Origin: Candidatus Cloacimonadales bacterium
Lineage (GTDB): Bacteria; Cloacimonadota; Cloacimonadia; Cloacimonadales; DAONDQ01
Length of the DNA: 64,000 nucleotides
Assembly: GCA_963662275.1 (NCBI GenBank)
Contig: OY759316.1
Coordinates: 3,008,001 to 3,072,000 of the forward strand
Direction: 5' to 3'
How positions within the stretch are numbered: the stretch's first letter is position 1; each line of letters opens with the position of its first letter. The position numbers were made by a program, and so were the translations under genes. Below the pieces are notes generated by a model that saw only the letters and a program-made list of their open reading frames with translations, had not been told where the DNA came from and ran no database searches. Of the stretch, positions 39,746 through 49,578 are shown in pieces.

Positions 39746-39878
39746 AGATCACACTCCGTTTATATATTATCCCGTTTAATCAAAAAATAAACAAAATGTA
39801 TGGAAAGTCAAGAAATAATCTTTACTAAGTTAAGACTATTATTCAAAATAGTCTGGATAAAAATAAGATGAGGTTTGA

Positions 39879-40904
39879 TTGGCAAAACAGATACGCATCC
39901 TATTCATTGCTGATACGCATTTGGGATTCGATTATACTTTCAATGCACGGATAGAGCGAAGGCGTCGAGGCAATGATTTTTTTGGAAATTATGAATTAGC
40001 ACTTCAGCCAGCTTTTAAAAAAAAAGTTGATATCGTTGTACATGGCGGTGATTTGCTTTTTCGTAGTAAAGTGCCTTCTAAGCTTGTCTGGATGGCATTT
40101 CAGCCTCTTCTTAAAATCGCTGATCTTGGAATTCCTATTTATCTTGTTCCTGGGAATCACGAACGATCCGCAATTCCATATGAACTTCTAGGGGCACATC
40201 CGCTTATACATATTTTCAGGGAACCTCAGACATATCTCTGGCAAAAAGATGATATCCGTTTTGCATTCAGCGGTTTTCCTTGCGACCGCGATGAGGTCCG
40301 TGATAATTTTCGTTCACTTCTATCTGAAACTCAATGGAACGAAGTACCTGCAGAATATCGTTTTCTTTGCCTGCACCAAGCTGTTGAAGGAGCTCAAGTA
40401 GGGGTACAAAACTACACTTTTCGTTACAATTCAGATGTGATAAAGGGTAATGATCTCCCTCCAGAATTTACGGCTACTTTGACCGGGCATATTCATCGGG
40501 CACAAGTATTATCATATGATCTGCAAGGTAATCCGCTCCCCTGCCCTGTTTTTTATCCCGGTTCTATCGAAAGAACTGATTTTGCTGAAATGAATGAACA
40601 AAAAGGTTACTATATTCTCAAGATAGATCCTCAGCTAACTCCTCCATTATCATATGAGTTTATCGAATTGCCTACGAGACCTATGTTCAAAATTGAAGTT
40701 CCTGCAAGTATCGCGACTGAAATCGAGATGGAGACTTTTATCAGGGAGTCTGTGGAGAATTTACCTCCAGATGCAATTATCAAATATCGTTTCAGTCAGA
40801 GTATGGATATCTCATATTTTCCTTGTCTTCATGCTAATAATATGAGAGAAGTAATTCCTGGAACCATGAATTACGAAATCTCAACCAGGAGAAATTATGC
40901 TTAA
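39879..40904 (+). CDS. SbcD/Mre11-like metallophosphoesterase nuclease
   Basis: ADTHLG, GGDLL, PGNHE, GHIH, YPGSIER.DF.E..KGY. Confidence 0.85.
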   Translation: MAKQIRILFIADTHLGFDYTFNARIERRRRGNDFFGNYELALQPAFKKKVDIVVHGGDLLFRSKVPSKLVWMAFQPLLKIADLGIPIYLVPGNHERSAIPYELLGAHPLIHIFREPQTYLWQKDDIRFAFSGFPCDRDEVRDNFRSLLSETQWNEVPAEYRFLCLHQAVEGAQVGVQNYTFRYNSDVIKGNDLPPEFTATLTGHIHRAQVLSYDLQGNPLPCPVFYPGSIERTDFAEMNEQKGYYILKIDPQLTPPLSYEFIELPTRPMFKIEVPASIATEIEMETFIRESVENLPPDAIIKYRFSQSMDISYFPCLHANNMREVIPGTMNYEISTRRNYA

Positions 40905-41484
40905 GAAACTGGACATTGCTGATGAAAAACCTTCCTTTTCGAATCCTGTACTTAGTTCCCTTTCGGAAATACTATCATTAAAATTCCTCTTTCGCCAAGG
41001 TTGGTTACAAAAAGGTTTATCAAAAGGTCTGTGTGAATCAGTAGCTGATCATAGTTTCAGCACAGCAATGATGGCTTGGATTCTAGCTATGGAGTATTTT
41101 CCTGAATTGGATGCATCTAAAGTCCTGCAATTAGCCATAATGCATGAGATCGGTGAAATTTATGCTGGAGATATTACTCCATCTGATGCTATTTCGAATT
41201 CAGATAAGCATAATTTGGAAAAGGATTCAGTGTACAAAGTCCTTGAGAAGCTATCGAAGGGTTCACATTTGATTGCAATTTGGGATGAATTTGAAACAGG
41301 CAATACATTAGAAGCTGATTTTGTGAGGCAAATAGATAAACTTGAAATGTCATTCCAAGCTCTGCATTATGAAGCAGCCACAGGTATGGATGTACATACA
41401 TTTATTGAGAGCACTGATAAGGTGATTACCAGTGAAAAGTTAAGGGAGATTTGGCAGGAGGTGCTAGGTGCTAGGTGCAAGTAA
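40897..41484 (+). CDS. HD-domain hydrolase (YfbR/HDDC2-like)
   Basis: RQGW, ESVADHS, HEIGE..AGDITP, EA.FV.QIDKLE. Confidence 0.85.
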   Translation: MLKKLDIADEKPSFSNPVLSSLSEILSLKFLFRQGWLQKGLSKGLCESVADHSFSTAMMAWILAMEYFPELDASKVLQLAIMHEIGEIYAGDITPSDAISNSDKHNLEKDSVYKVLEKLSKGSHLIAIWDEFETGNTLEADFVRQIDKLEMSFQALHYEAATGMDVHTFIESTDKVITSEKLREIWQEVLGARCK

Positions 41485-42547
41485 GCTGCTGCTTCAGTAC
41501 ATCCACAAGAGCATTCAATGCTTTATCCGAGTCATCAACATCTACGATCTCTAATTCCCTCCAATCTGTAAAAAGAACAAGTTTCACATCATGTTCAGCT
41601 TTTTTATCCTGGGAGAGGGCATCTATTCCATCTTTTTGCACATTATGAATCAGTTCTTCAGTAACATATTCTGCCAAAGGAAAATCATGAAAGAGGTTAC
41701 GAATCCTGTTCATTGTTTTTTCGTTGATTCTACTCAATCTAAAGCTAAGCAAGGCTGCAGCATGTATGCCAAAAACCACAGCAATCCCGTGAGGTATATC
41801 GCAAAGAGATATCGATTCCAATACATGTGCAAATGAATGCCCAAGATTCAACATTCTGCGTCCTTCTCTGTCCCGTAAGTCAGAAGCACAAATAGCCATT
41901 TTCAATTTGGCTGCTTCCCATATCACTTCCTTAGGAGGCAAATAGTTAATATCAAGTTTTTCAGGTAATTCCATCTCTTTATGAATCAAGTATATCTTCA
42001 CAATTTCTGCCCATCCATTCAGAATATCAACTGGTTCAATTGACTTCAGAAAATCATGGCAAAAGTAGACTACACTGGCAGGATAGAACGTTCCAATCAT
42101 ATTTTTCAGATGATGAATATCAAATGCAGTTTTTCCACCAAGTGAAGCATCAACCATACCTACAACCGTTGTTGGGATCAATTCCAGATGAACACCACGC
42201 TTAAAAGTGGATACAGCAAAAGCAGCTAAGTCTGTAAGTGTACCGCCTCCAAAAACAAATACAGTCATGTTCCGTTGAACTCTTTCCTTGAGAAGGAACT
42301 CATAGATAAGGTTTAATTCCTGGAGATTCTTCGTATTCGATTTGACTTCAATCGGCAAAACTGGTATGGAAATAGGGATACTACGAAAAAAAACCGAATG
42401 TCTTTTCATAAAAACTAAATCAGATATGATAACAGCGTTGAACGGGAAGTTGGACATCACTGAAGCCAGTTCAGCTTTAGTAACTTGTTGAATTTCCGTA
42501 TCGAAAGCTATTTTAAAGCGAAATTTGAGACGATTTGTTTGCTTCAT
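41471..42547 (-). CDS. aroB: 3-dehydroquinate synthase family protein
   Basis: GGGTLTDLAAF, PTTVVGMVDASLGGKT, KNMIGTFY, LNLGHSFAH, HGIAV, DKK. Confidence 0.8.
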   Translation of the reverse strand: MKQTNRLKFRFKIAFDTEIQQVTKAELASVMSNFPFNAVIISDLVFMKRHSVFFRSIPISIPVLPIEVKSNTKNLQELNLIYEFLLKERVQRNMTVFVFGGGTLTDLAAFAVSTFKRGVHLELIPTTVVGMVDASLGGKTAFDIHHLKNMIGTFYPASVVYFCHDFLKSIEPVDILNGWAEIVKIYLIHKEMELPEKLDINYLPPKEVIWEAAKLKMAICASDLRDREGRRMLNLGHSFAHVLESISLCDIPHGIAVVFGIHAAALLSFRLSRINEKTMNRIRNLFHDFPLAEYVTEELIHNVQKDGIDALSQDKKAEHDVKLVLFTDWRELEIVDVDDSDKALNALVDVLKQQLTCT

Positions 42548-42565
42548 TTTGCATCCATATCTTCA

Positions 42566-45049
42566 TCAACCTCGAATTAAAGCAATCTTACCTCGAACCG
42601 TATCGCCATCTTTGACTGAAATTACATAGTAATAGACACCGGAACTGCATTTTTTACCACTACTATTCAGTCCATTCCAAGTAAAAGGAAGATAACGGTT
42701 TTGCTTTAACTCCAGGACAAGATCACCGCTGAGGTCATAAATTCGACAGAAGCTGGTCGGAAAAACACCTGATGATGAAGCTGTATTTTCTATAGTAACC
42801 ACTTGATCACGATCAGGTTTGAAAGGATTTGGGTAGGCTCTTACTTTTTTCAAACTGACTTGAGGAGGATTTTCAAACCCGATTTGAAAAGTGTTCAACC
42901 CATCCGGAGTTCCGATATAAAGTGATCCTTGAGAAGGATCATAACCTAAAGAAAGTACATAATTTGAAATCAAAGGAGAATTGGATATATTATAATTAGT
43001 AAATCTCTCGGTGGAAGGATCGTACATACTAAAACCATTATCACGACTTCCAAGCCAGATTCGACGGAAAGGATCGAGGTATATTGCAGTAGGATTCGTA
43101 TGAACCGATCCAAAAAGCCTTTCTTCATCATAATAATAGAGACCATTCAGATCAGTTTCCCAAGTTCCATTACGAAAGATTCGTCTTTTCACATCAACAT
43201 CATATTTAAACCAATTTGTGCCATTGTATGAGTAAATACCATTTGAAGCAGCGATCCATGTTTCATTTTCACCAAAATCATTCGTGAAAGAAACGATGCC
43301 ATAAACCCAGCAATTATTCAAATCGGTTGATTGAGGATTATGCCAATAGTTATTGTTGCTCGCAGAAGGTAAAAGATCCATATTTGACCAATATGATACC
43401 CCATGATCATTTGCTGTTCCAAAGAAATATGCTGATTCGGATTCAGCAACCAGGATGACACCTTGCCTGGCACTGTTTGGAATCTGGAAACTTGTAATTT
43501 TTTGGTAAAGGGAATCCAGAACTATGATCCCACCATTATAGCAGCAAACGAACATACGATTATCAGAATCGTGGTAAACATATGTCAAAGTTTGAGATAA
43601 CATAGCCGGAGTTGTAGAAATCTGACGATATGTTATAACGGGATCAATATAGTGATACAATCCATATGTATCCATCCAATCCCAAGAATTATTACTAGGA
43701 TCATAGATATTCAAGCCATTACCCCAACCATACGTATTATTAGTTGGTGTATAGTAAGCCGCCATCCATAATCTATCTTTATCGTCTACAGCCAAAGAAA
43801 GAATATTATCACTAATCAGGGGACTATTTTTTACTGTGAATGTTTGCCAGGTATTGCCATCAAAACTACTAATTCCTCTAGTTCCCTTCTTTGTTTTACC
43901 AATACCAAGATTACCACTTCCAAACCAAGTCTTACCTTTTGAATGAGTAATACAACTAACTGTATTGAAACCGATAGAGTTCGTGATTACATTGAACCAA
44001 TTAGGTGTGGCATCGAAAAACAAACCATCTCCCCAAGAAGATAGAGACATCTTTCCATTCAGATTCTTAATCTTAGTTACAGCTTTATTATTTAATCCTA
44101 AAGTACCTTCAGGAATCTTCGTTAAATGCCCATCAGCAGATAAGATATTCAAAGCAGTATTGCTCTCATTATTTAGTGTCATGATGTTTTCATGCCAAGC
44201 GCCATAAGAGAAATATAGATCCCCAGAAGCGGAATAATTAATCGAATAAACAGAATCCGATTCAAGTCCATTTGAAGAATTATACTCAATCCAATTATTG
44301 GGAAAAACACTTAAATCGACAATTCCTAATCCCTTCGTTGTTGAAACTGCAATCTTCTGCTCAAATAGAGCTATTTGAGAAATTCTATCCCCAGGTATAT
44401 TGGAATTAGTTGTGTTCCAAGTATGCCACCTGGAATTAATATTTAATGAATCAATGTGAACATAACTTAGCCCTTGTGGCGTTCCTAAATATAGATAATT
44501 GGTTGGGGCAAGTTTCATAAAGAAAAGGCTATCATTAACTAAACCACCTTCTGTATATGAATTTGTATAAACCTGACTCAATAGGGGAAAACTGACTTGA
44601 GCCATTTGATAGAATACAGCAAGCCCCTTATCAGTAGAAACAAAAAAAAGCGTATCGGAATGAGCAATACCAGTGATCTTATTCGAAGGTAAACCTGATG
44701 TCTCATTCAGAATTTTGATGCCTTGAGGAGTCAGAATATTTACTCCACCTGCATAAAGACCCATCCATAACTGATCCGTTGCAGGTATATAATCCAGTAC
44801 TCTTACATCGTTATTACTTAACCCATCAATATTTGTGTAGGTATGGTCTAGTTCATAAGCCTCTGCACCGGTTAATGTGGTGTCATGCTTAAAGACAGCC
44901 AAGCCTCCCCAAGTGGCAACATAAAGCTTATTGTTCGCTTCAATATAATCATTAACATACGTAGTATTCGTATATGTTTTCCACCTTGTTGCAATAAGAG
45001 GTGATAAAACCACCAGGCACAGTGCTAATGTCAGTAGATGCTTATTCAC
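42566..45049 (-). CDS. PorZ-like beta-propeller protein with FlgD-Ig/T9SS-like CTD
   Basis: Signal peptide, Reg_prop-type repeats (GLSNN.V, NSPLIS, LYIGTPDGL), AYPNPF...SSGVYYY..GKIALIR. Confidence 0.7.
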   Translation of the reverse strand: MNKHLLTLALCLVVLSPLIATRWKTYTNTTYVNDYIEANNKLYVATWGGLAVFKHDTTLTGAEAYELDHTYTNIDGLSNNDVRVLDYIPATDQLWMGLYAGGVNILTPQGIKILNETSGLPSNKITGIAHSDTLFFVSTDKGLAVFYQMAQVSFPLLSQVYTNSYTEGGLVNDSLFFMKLAPTNYLYLGTPQGLSYVHIDSLNINSRWHTWNTTNSNIPGDRISQIALFEQKIAVSTTKGLGIVDLSVFPNNWIEYNSSNGLESDSVYSINYSASGDLYFSYGAWHENIMTLNNESNTALNILSADGHLTKIPEGTLGLNNKAVTKIKNLNGKMSLSSWGDGLFFDATPNWFNVITNSIGFNTVSCITHSKGKTWFGSGNLGIGKTKKGTRGISSFDGNTWQTFTVKNSPLISDNILSLAVDDKDRLWMAAYYTPTNNTYGWGNGLNIYDPSNNSWDWMDTYGLYHYIDPVITYRQISTTPAMLSQTLTYVYHDSDNRMFVCCYNGGIIVLDSLYQKITSFQIPNSARQGVILVAESESAYFFGTANDHGVSYWSNMDLLPSASNNNYWHNPQSTDLNNCWVYGIVSFTNDFGENETWIAASNGIYSYNGTNWFKYDVDVKRRIFRNGTWETDLNGLYYYDEERLFGSVHTNPTAIYLDPFRRIWLGSRDNGFSMYDPSTERFTNYNISNSPLISNYVLSLGYDPSQGSLYIGTPDGLNTFQIGFENPPQVSLKKVRAYPNPFKPDRDQVVTIENTASSSGVFPTSFCRIYDLSGDLVLELKQNRYLPFTWNGLNSSGKKCSSGVYYYVISVKDGDTVRGKIALIRG

Positions 45050-46098
45050 TTAAGATTCTCCCTTTTAAAAAGCATATATGATATAACTAATAATACAAAC
45101 AATAAAACGACAAAAATCATAAACAGTAATTTTTTTGTTGAAAAAGAAAAGCCAAATGCCATCAAAGCAAAGAGAAATGTAATAAAATAGGCAATTAAAG
45201 CTACCGTTTTCTGAGATAAACCAAGATCAAGCATTTTGTGATGTAAATGTGCTTTATCAGGTTTGGAGATGTTTGTTCTATTCTTTATTCGTCTGCATAC
45301 TGCAAGAAATATATCAAAAAATGGCAGTAGCAGTGCAATGATAGGAACAAGTAAAGTCATTGCTGTGATACCCTTGAACTGTGAGTTTCCGGCAGTGGAT
45401 ATCGCTGCAATATTTAATCCGAGGAACATACTGCCAGAATCGCCCATGAATATGGAGGCTGGATAAAAATTAAATCGCAGAAAAGCCAAGGTTCCAGCAA
45501 CCATAATTAGAGAAAAGAAACTGACTAATGGATTATGGCTCATGATTCCCAAAACGGATAGTAATAGAGAAATAATCACAGTTATTCCTGCTAAAAGTCC
45601 ATCAAGCCCATCAATAAAATTGATAGCATTAATCACGAGTACATACCAGAAAATTGTGATGGGAAATGACAGATATCCCAATTGGAATTCACTTCCCAAA
45701 GGATTTGTCATCGTTCTGATTTGGAAACCACTAAAATACATGACAACGGCAAGCAGAACTTGGTATAATAATTTGAATCTTGCAGAAGACTCATATTTAT
45801 CATCCATTAAACCAACAAATAAAGTCAGAATACCCAGTAGGACAAGTTTCTGCGTCTGGGCTGCAAAAGGCTGTCCGATAGGTAAAAGTGAAAAGACATA
45901 TTGCATAATTATAATTGGAATCGCAAAAGAAAATCCTCCTGAGGAAGGAATAGCAATTGTATTTATCCTCCTTGGTCCAGGTTTGTCAATAATACCGAAC
46001 CTTGTTGACAGTTTTCGGTTCAAAGGAACGATGATAATAGTGGCAATAAAGACGAGTATAAAACCAGCAACTAATAGCGTCAGTGTATTAGGATTCAT
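45046..46098 (-). CDS. MraY-family polyprenyl-phosphate HexNAc-1-P transferase (WecA/TagO-like)
   Basis: GLMDD, NAINFIDGLDGL, FNFYPASIFMGDSGS, DKAHLHH; multi-TM. Confidence 0.9.
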   Translation of the reverse strand: MNPNTLTLLVAGFILVFIATIIIVPLNRKLSTRFGIIDKPGPRRINTIAIPSSGGFSFAIPIIIMQYVFSLLPIGQPFAAQTQKLVLLGILTLFVGLMDDKYESSARFKLLYQVLLAVVMYFSGFQIRTMTNPLGSEFQLGYLSFPITIFWYVLVINAINFIDGLDGLLAGITVIISLLLSVLGIMSHNPLVSFFSLIMVAGTLAFLRFNFYPASIFMGDSGSMFLGLNIAAISTAGNSQFKGITAMTLLVPIIALLLPFFDIFLAVCRRIKNRTNISKPDKAHLHHKMLDLGLSQKTVALIAYFITFLFALMAFGFSFSTKKLLFMIFVVLLFVLLVISYMLFKRENLK

Positions 46099-47194
46099 AA
46101 ATTCCCTGATATCTCTTAATGAATTCTTTCATGCTAAATCTCTGCAAAACTTCTTTACGAGAGTTTTCTCCCCAATTCTTGATTTCATTTTTCCTTTCCG
46201 GTAAACCATGCAATATCTCAGCCAAGATTTCAGGTTTTCCGGGAAGTACCAATATACCATTCAAATCGCTTACCAATTCATTATTTCCCTGGATATTTGA
46301 AGCGATGATTGGAAGTCCGACTGCCATTGCTTCCAATATTGATAATGATAATCCTTCCCAAAGTGAGTAAAGGAGAAAACAGTTAAATTGCAGCAACCAG
46401 GTTTGTATGTTTTTTTCCCACCCAGGTAGAAAGATGGAATCTGCTAGATTAGCTGTTTTTACCATTTTTAAACATAATTGATAATATTCGCCATCGCCAA
46501 TGAACACAAAAGCGAGGTGTGGATTTCTTCTACAGGCAATAATTGCCGCTTCCATCGTCTGAACAATATTCTTCTGTTTTGAAAACCTAAGACTACTTCC
46601 AATGACAAAACGATCCTTAAGAAAGGCAAATCTCTCAACCTCCGTATTTTTTTTGGGAATCAATACTCCGTTATATATGGACTGAGTGTTTACTCCATGA
46701 AATAATAGGTTATTTTCTGTAAATATCCTATCAGAATCATTCACAAAGATCATGAAATCACAAAAATGCGCAGCAAAAGCTTCCATAAATAAGTAAAATA
46801 GCTTTGGAATAATAGGTTGATATGGATGAAATGAAAAGCCGTGAACTGTATGTATGATTTTCGGTACACCAGCCAATCTTGCGGCAATTCGTCCAATAAA
46901 ACCTGTTTTAGAGGAATGCGTATGAATGATATCAAATCGTCCTCTTCGACAGATTCTATAGAGTTCTATAAAAGCCAGCACATCCTTGATTGATAGATGG
47001 TGTTCCATCGCATACAAAGGAATGAAGTGATATCTGCGATTTTCAATTTCTTGAATCAGTTCACCATTGGGACGGCACGCTATAAAAATCTCATATTTGT
47101 CCTGATCTAAGCCATCAAGGAGATTCAGCATCATGTTTTGGACACCAGATAAAAGAGGTAATAATTGGATGTGAAGGATTCTGATTTTCTTCAA
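46088..47194 (-). CDS. GT4 glycosyltransferase
   Basis: HTHSSKTG, HTVHGF, SLWEGLSLSILEAMA.GLP. Confidence 0.9.
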   Translation of the reverse strand: MKKIRILHIQLLPLLSGVQNMMLNLLDGLDQDKYEIFIACRPNGELIQEIENRRYHFIPLYAMEHHLSIKDVLAFIELYRICRRGRFDIIHTHSSKTGFIGRIAARLAGVPKIIHTVHGFSFHPYQPIIPKLFYLFMEAFAAHFCDFMIFVNDSDRIFTENNLLFHGVNTQSIYNGVLIPKKNTEVERFAFLKDRFVIGSSLRFSKQKNIVQTMEAAIIACRRNPHLAFVFIGDGEYYQLCLKMVKTANLADSIFLPGWEKNIQTWLLQFNCFLLYSLWEGLSLSILEAMAVGLPIIASNIQGNNELVSDLNGILVLPGKPEILAEILHGLPERKNEIKNWGENSRKEVLQRFSMKEFIKRYQGIYES

Positions 47195-49578
47195 GAATGC
47201 TGTCCTAAGCGATTTTCAACAAACTTGATAAATTTTTTTGTTTGTTCTTCCCTGGAATATTCTTGGAATAACATACCTTCACCTGCTTTCAGAGTTGCTT
47301 TTTGATAAGCTTCAAGTATTAGCTCCTTAATCTTTTGTACATCTTCCATAGGACAGATCAGGCTATGTCCAAACTTACGCAGGATCATTGCTGCATCACC
47401 ATTCGGAGGCACTAATCCAAGTATAATACTTTGACATCTTACATATTCGAATATCTTTCCGGTCGATATATAATCACCATCAACAGAAGCAACTATCAGA
47501 ACCAGGATATCTGAATTATACATCAAATCTAATGCTTCCCGATGTTGTTGCTGAGTGATAATCTTCAACTGTGATCCAAGACGGGACTGTAACAATACGT
47601 TTTGTTCTTCAGCATAATAATTTCCAAGAAAAGTAATCTCTAAATCAGAGGGCAAAGCATGATTCTGTTTCAGTTCCCTCATCGCTTGCAGTAAATACTT
47701 GGCAGTTCGATTTCCATACAGTGATCCAATATAGGACATCCGTATGATCTTACTGGGTTCTTTTTTTACTAAATCCGTAAAATCAGTTTCATCCCAACCA
47801 TTAAACATCACATGGATCTTATCAGCCAGATGATCGCCAAAGTTCTTACACAAATCATTCTTCATACCTTCGCTGATTACCGTAATGCCTGTTGAATAGT
47901 TAAGCAATTTCTTTTCCCAGGAATGGGCATGTCTGAAATGTAATTTTGATATATATGTTAAATAATGATATAGCGTCCATGGATCACGATAATCCATAAA
48001 TAATGGTATTTGACGCAGTTTGGCTAAGCGATAGGCTGCTATTGCAGCAGAATATGGACCAACAGTAACCAGGATAGCATCGTAATGCCTCATTGAAGTA
48101 GCTTTTACTCCAGCTAGATATGCAAAAGGAATCCACCCAATCTTGTCATCAATAGGAAAGCTTCTTCTTATGAAACGCTTGATTTTTTCAGGAGTTCCAA
48201 AATAGATTTTCTGATTTGATTCTTTGCTTATCGTTGCTTTCTTCATCAAAGCCATTGGATCTAATGATGATGTTCTATATACGTGAGTTGCTCTTGATTC
48301 CTGGAGTAAAGATTCATCTTCAGAATGGAAAACAATATTCTTCACCGTAATGACGTCTGTATCCCATCCTTCATTCCATAGGTATTTTGTCAGTTTTACA
48401 GGTCTCTGCACTCCAGATCCCCCAAGTGGTGGATAAAAATAGGCAAATAACAACATGTGTTTCTGATTCGTCAGAATGGGCATAAGAGACTGTATTTTTG
48501 TCAGCAGCAAAGGTTCCTGGGTTTCCCAGTTCAATTCAGTGCGTACAAGTTCTCTGCTTTTCATTGCAGTCTGGAGGAAATAGTCATCGTTTTTTTGTAA
48601 TAGAAGGTCGATTTTATCAGACAATACTCTGGAATTATATGGAATGCAATAACCCAATTCCTGGTGCTCAATAATATCCCTGATTTGCTGAAAATCATTT
48701 GCTATAATTGGCAGACCGGCTTCCAGGTATTCAATAACCTTAATAGGAACTCCTAACTGATATCTCTTTATTCTTGGATCAAGAAGGCATATACCAATTC
48801 GGGATTTCACTAATAGATCGTACACCTGGCAATGAGGCAACATTCCCATGAAGAGAACATGCTTCGTAAGATTAAGGTCAATAATCGTTTTTTCATATTT
48901 ATTTTGAAAGTCACGATTTTTGAATTCTCCAGCAATAACCGCTTTAAAATCAGGATGTTTGTTTTTTAGAATGGAGATTGCTTTTAATATCTTCAGTATT
49001 CCTCTTTCCTGATAAACGCCTCCAACATAAACAATGTCATACTGTTTCTTTCCTTCATGTTGTTCGCATCCCTTGAGATGTGGATAATTTGCGCAAGTTA
49101 TAGTGTCGAGAGAATAACGCCGGTAGTACTTTCGTAAATGATTGTTTACAGTAATTACTAAGTCCGTTTTTGAGAAGAGCTTTTTTTCTATTCGAGAATA
49201 AAGAAAATTAGCTAACTGCTTAAATGGAGAAAATAGCCTTTCACCCATTGCCAAGGAAAAATATTCATGAACATCATATACTAACTTACAACCAATCTCA
49301 CGCTTTAATTTTTGCCCGACAATCAATGTGAGAGGTTCAACACAAACAATGATATCCGGTTTATAGGATTTAATTAAGTGATATGCATTTTGCAAATAAG
49401 TGAACTTAGTTGCATTGGGAATAATAGAAACAGATGGATTAAGGTCAAAATCGTCTAATCCAATCGGAGCAAAAATCCTTACATCAGCAATCTTAGCCAG
49501 GCTTGTGCCAATCTTGCCATGAAGTCGAACATCATCAGAACGATGAGAATTTGTCAGGATCGCAATCTTACTCGACAT
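47191..49578 (-). CDS. Tandem double GT4-type glycosyltransferase
   Basis: Domain 1 YDVHE...KVIEYLEAGLP; domain 2 YFYPPLGGSGVQR...DYRDPW...GKIFEY; likely start MSSKIAI. Confidence 0.85.
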   Translation of the reverse strand: MSSKIAILTNSHRSDDVRLHGKIGTSLAKIADVRIFAPIGLDDFDLNPSVSIIPNATKFTYLQNAYHLIKSYKPDIIVCVEPLTLIVGQKLKREIGCKLVYDVHEYFSLAMGERLFSPFKQLANFLYSRIEKKLFSKTDLVITVNNHLRKYYRRYSLDTITCANYPHLKGCEQHEGKKQYDIVYVGGVYQERGILKILKAISILKNKHPDFKAVIAGEFKNRDFQNKYEKTIIDLNLTKHVLFMGMLPHCQVYDLLVKSRIGICLLDPRIKRYQLGVPIKVIEYLEAGLPIIANDFQQIRDIIEHQELGYCIPYNSRVLSDKIDLLLQKNDDYFLQTAMKSRELVRTELNWETQEPLLLTKIQSLMPILTNQKHMLLFAYFYPPLGGSGVQRPVKLTKYLWNEGWDTDVITVKNIVFHSEDESLLQESRATHVYRTSSLDPMALMKKATISKESNQKIYFGTPEKIKRFIRRSFPIDDKIGWIPFAYLAGVKATSMRHYDAILVTVGPYSAAIAAYRLAKLRQIPLFMDYRDPWTLYHYLTYISKLHFRHAHSWEKKLLNYSTGITVISEGMKNDLCKNFGDHLADKIHVMFNGWDETDFTDLVKKEPSKIIRMSYIGSLYGNRTAKYLLQAMRELKQNHALPSDLEITFLGNYYAEEQNVLLQSRLGSQLKIITQQQHREALDLMYNSDILVLIVASVDGDYISTGKIFEYVRCQSIILGLVPPNGDAAMILRKFGHSLICPMEDVQKIKELILEAYQKATLKAGEGMLFQEYSREEQTKKFIKFVENRLGQHS

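Noticed and set aside
45542..46204. 220-aa plus-strand ORF and similar short antisense ORFs throughout the window
   Set aside because: Shadow ORFs opposite well-supported genes.
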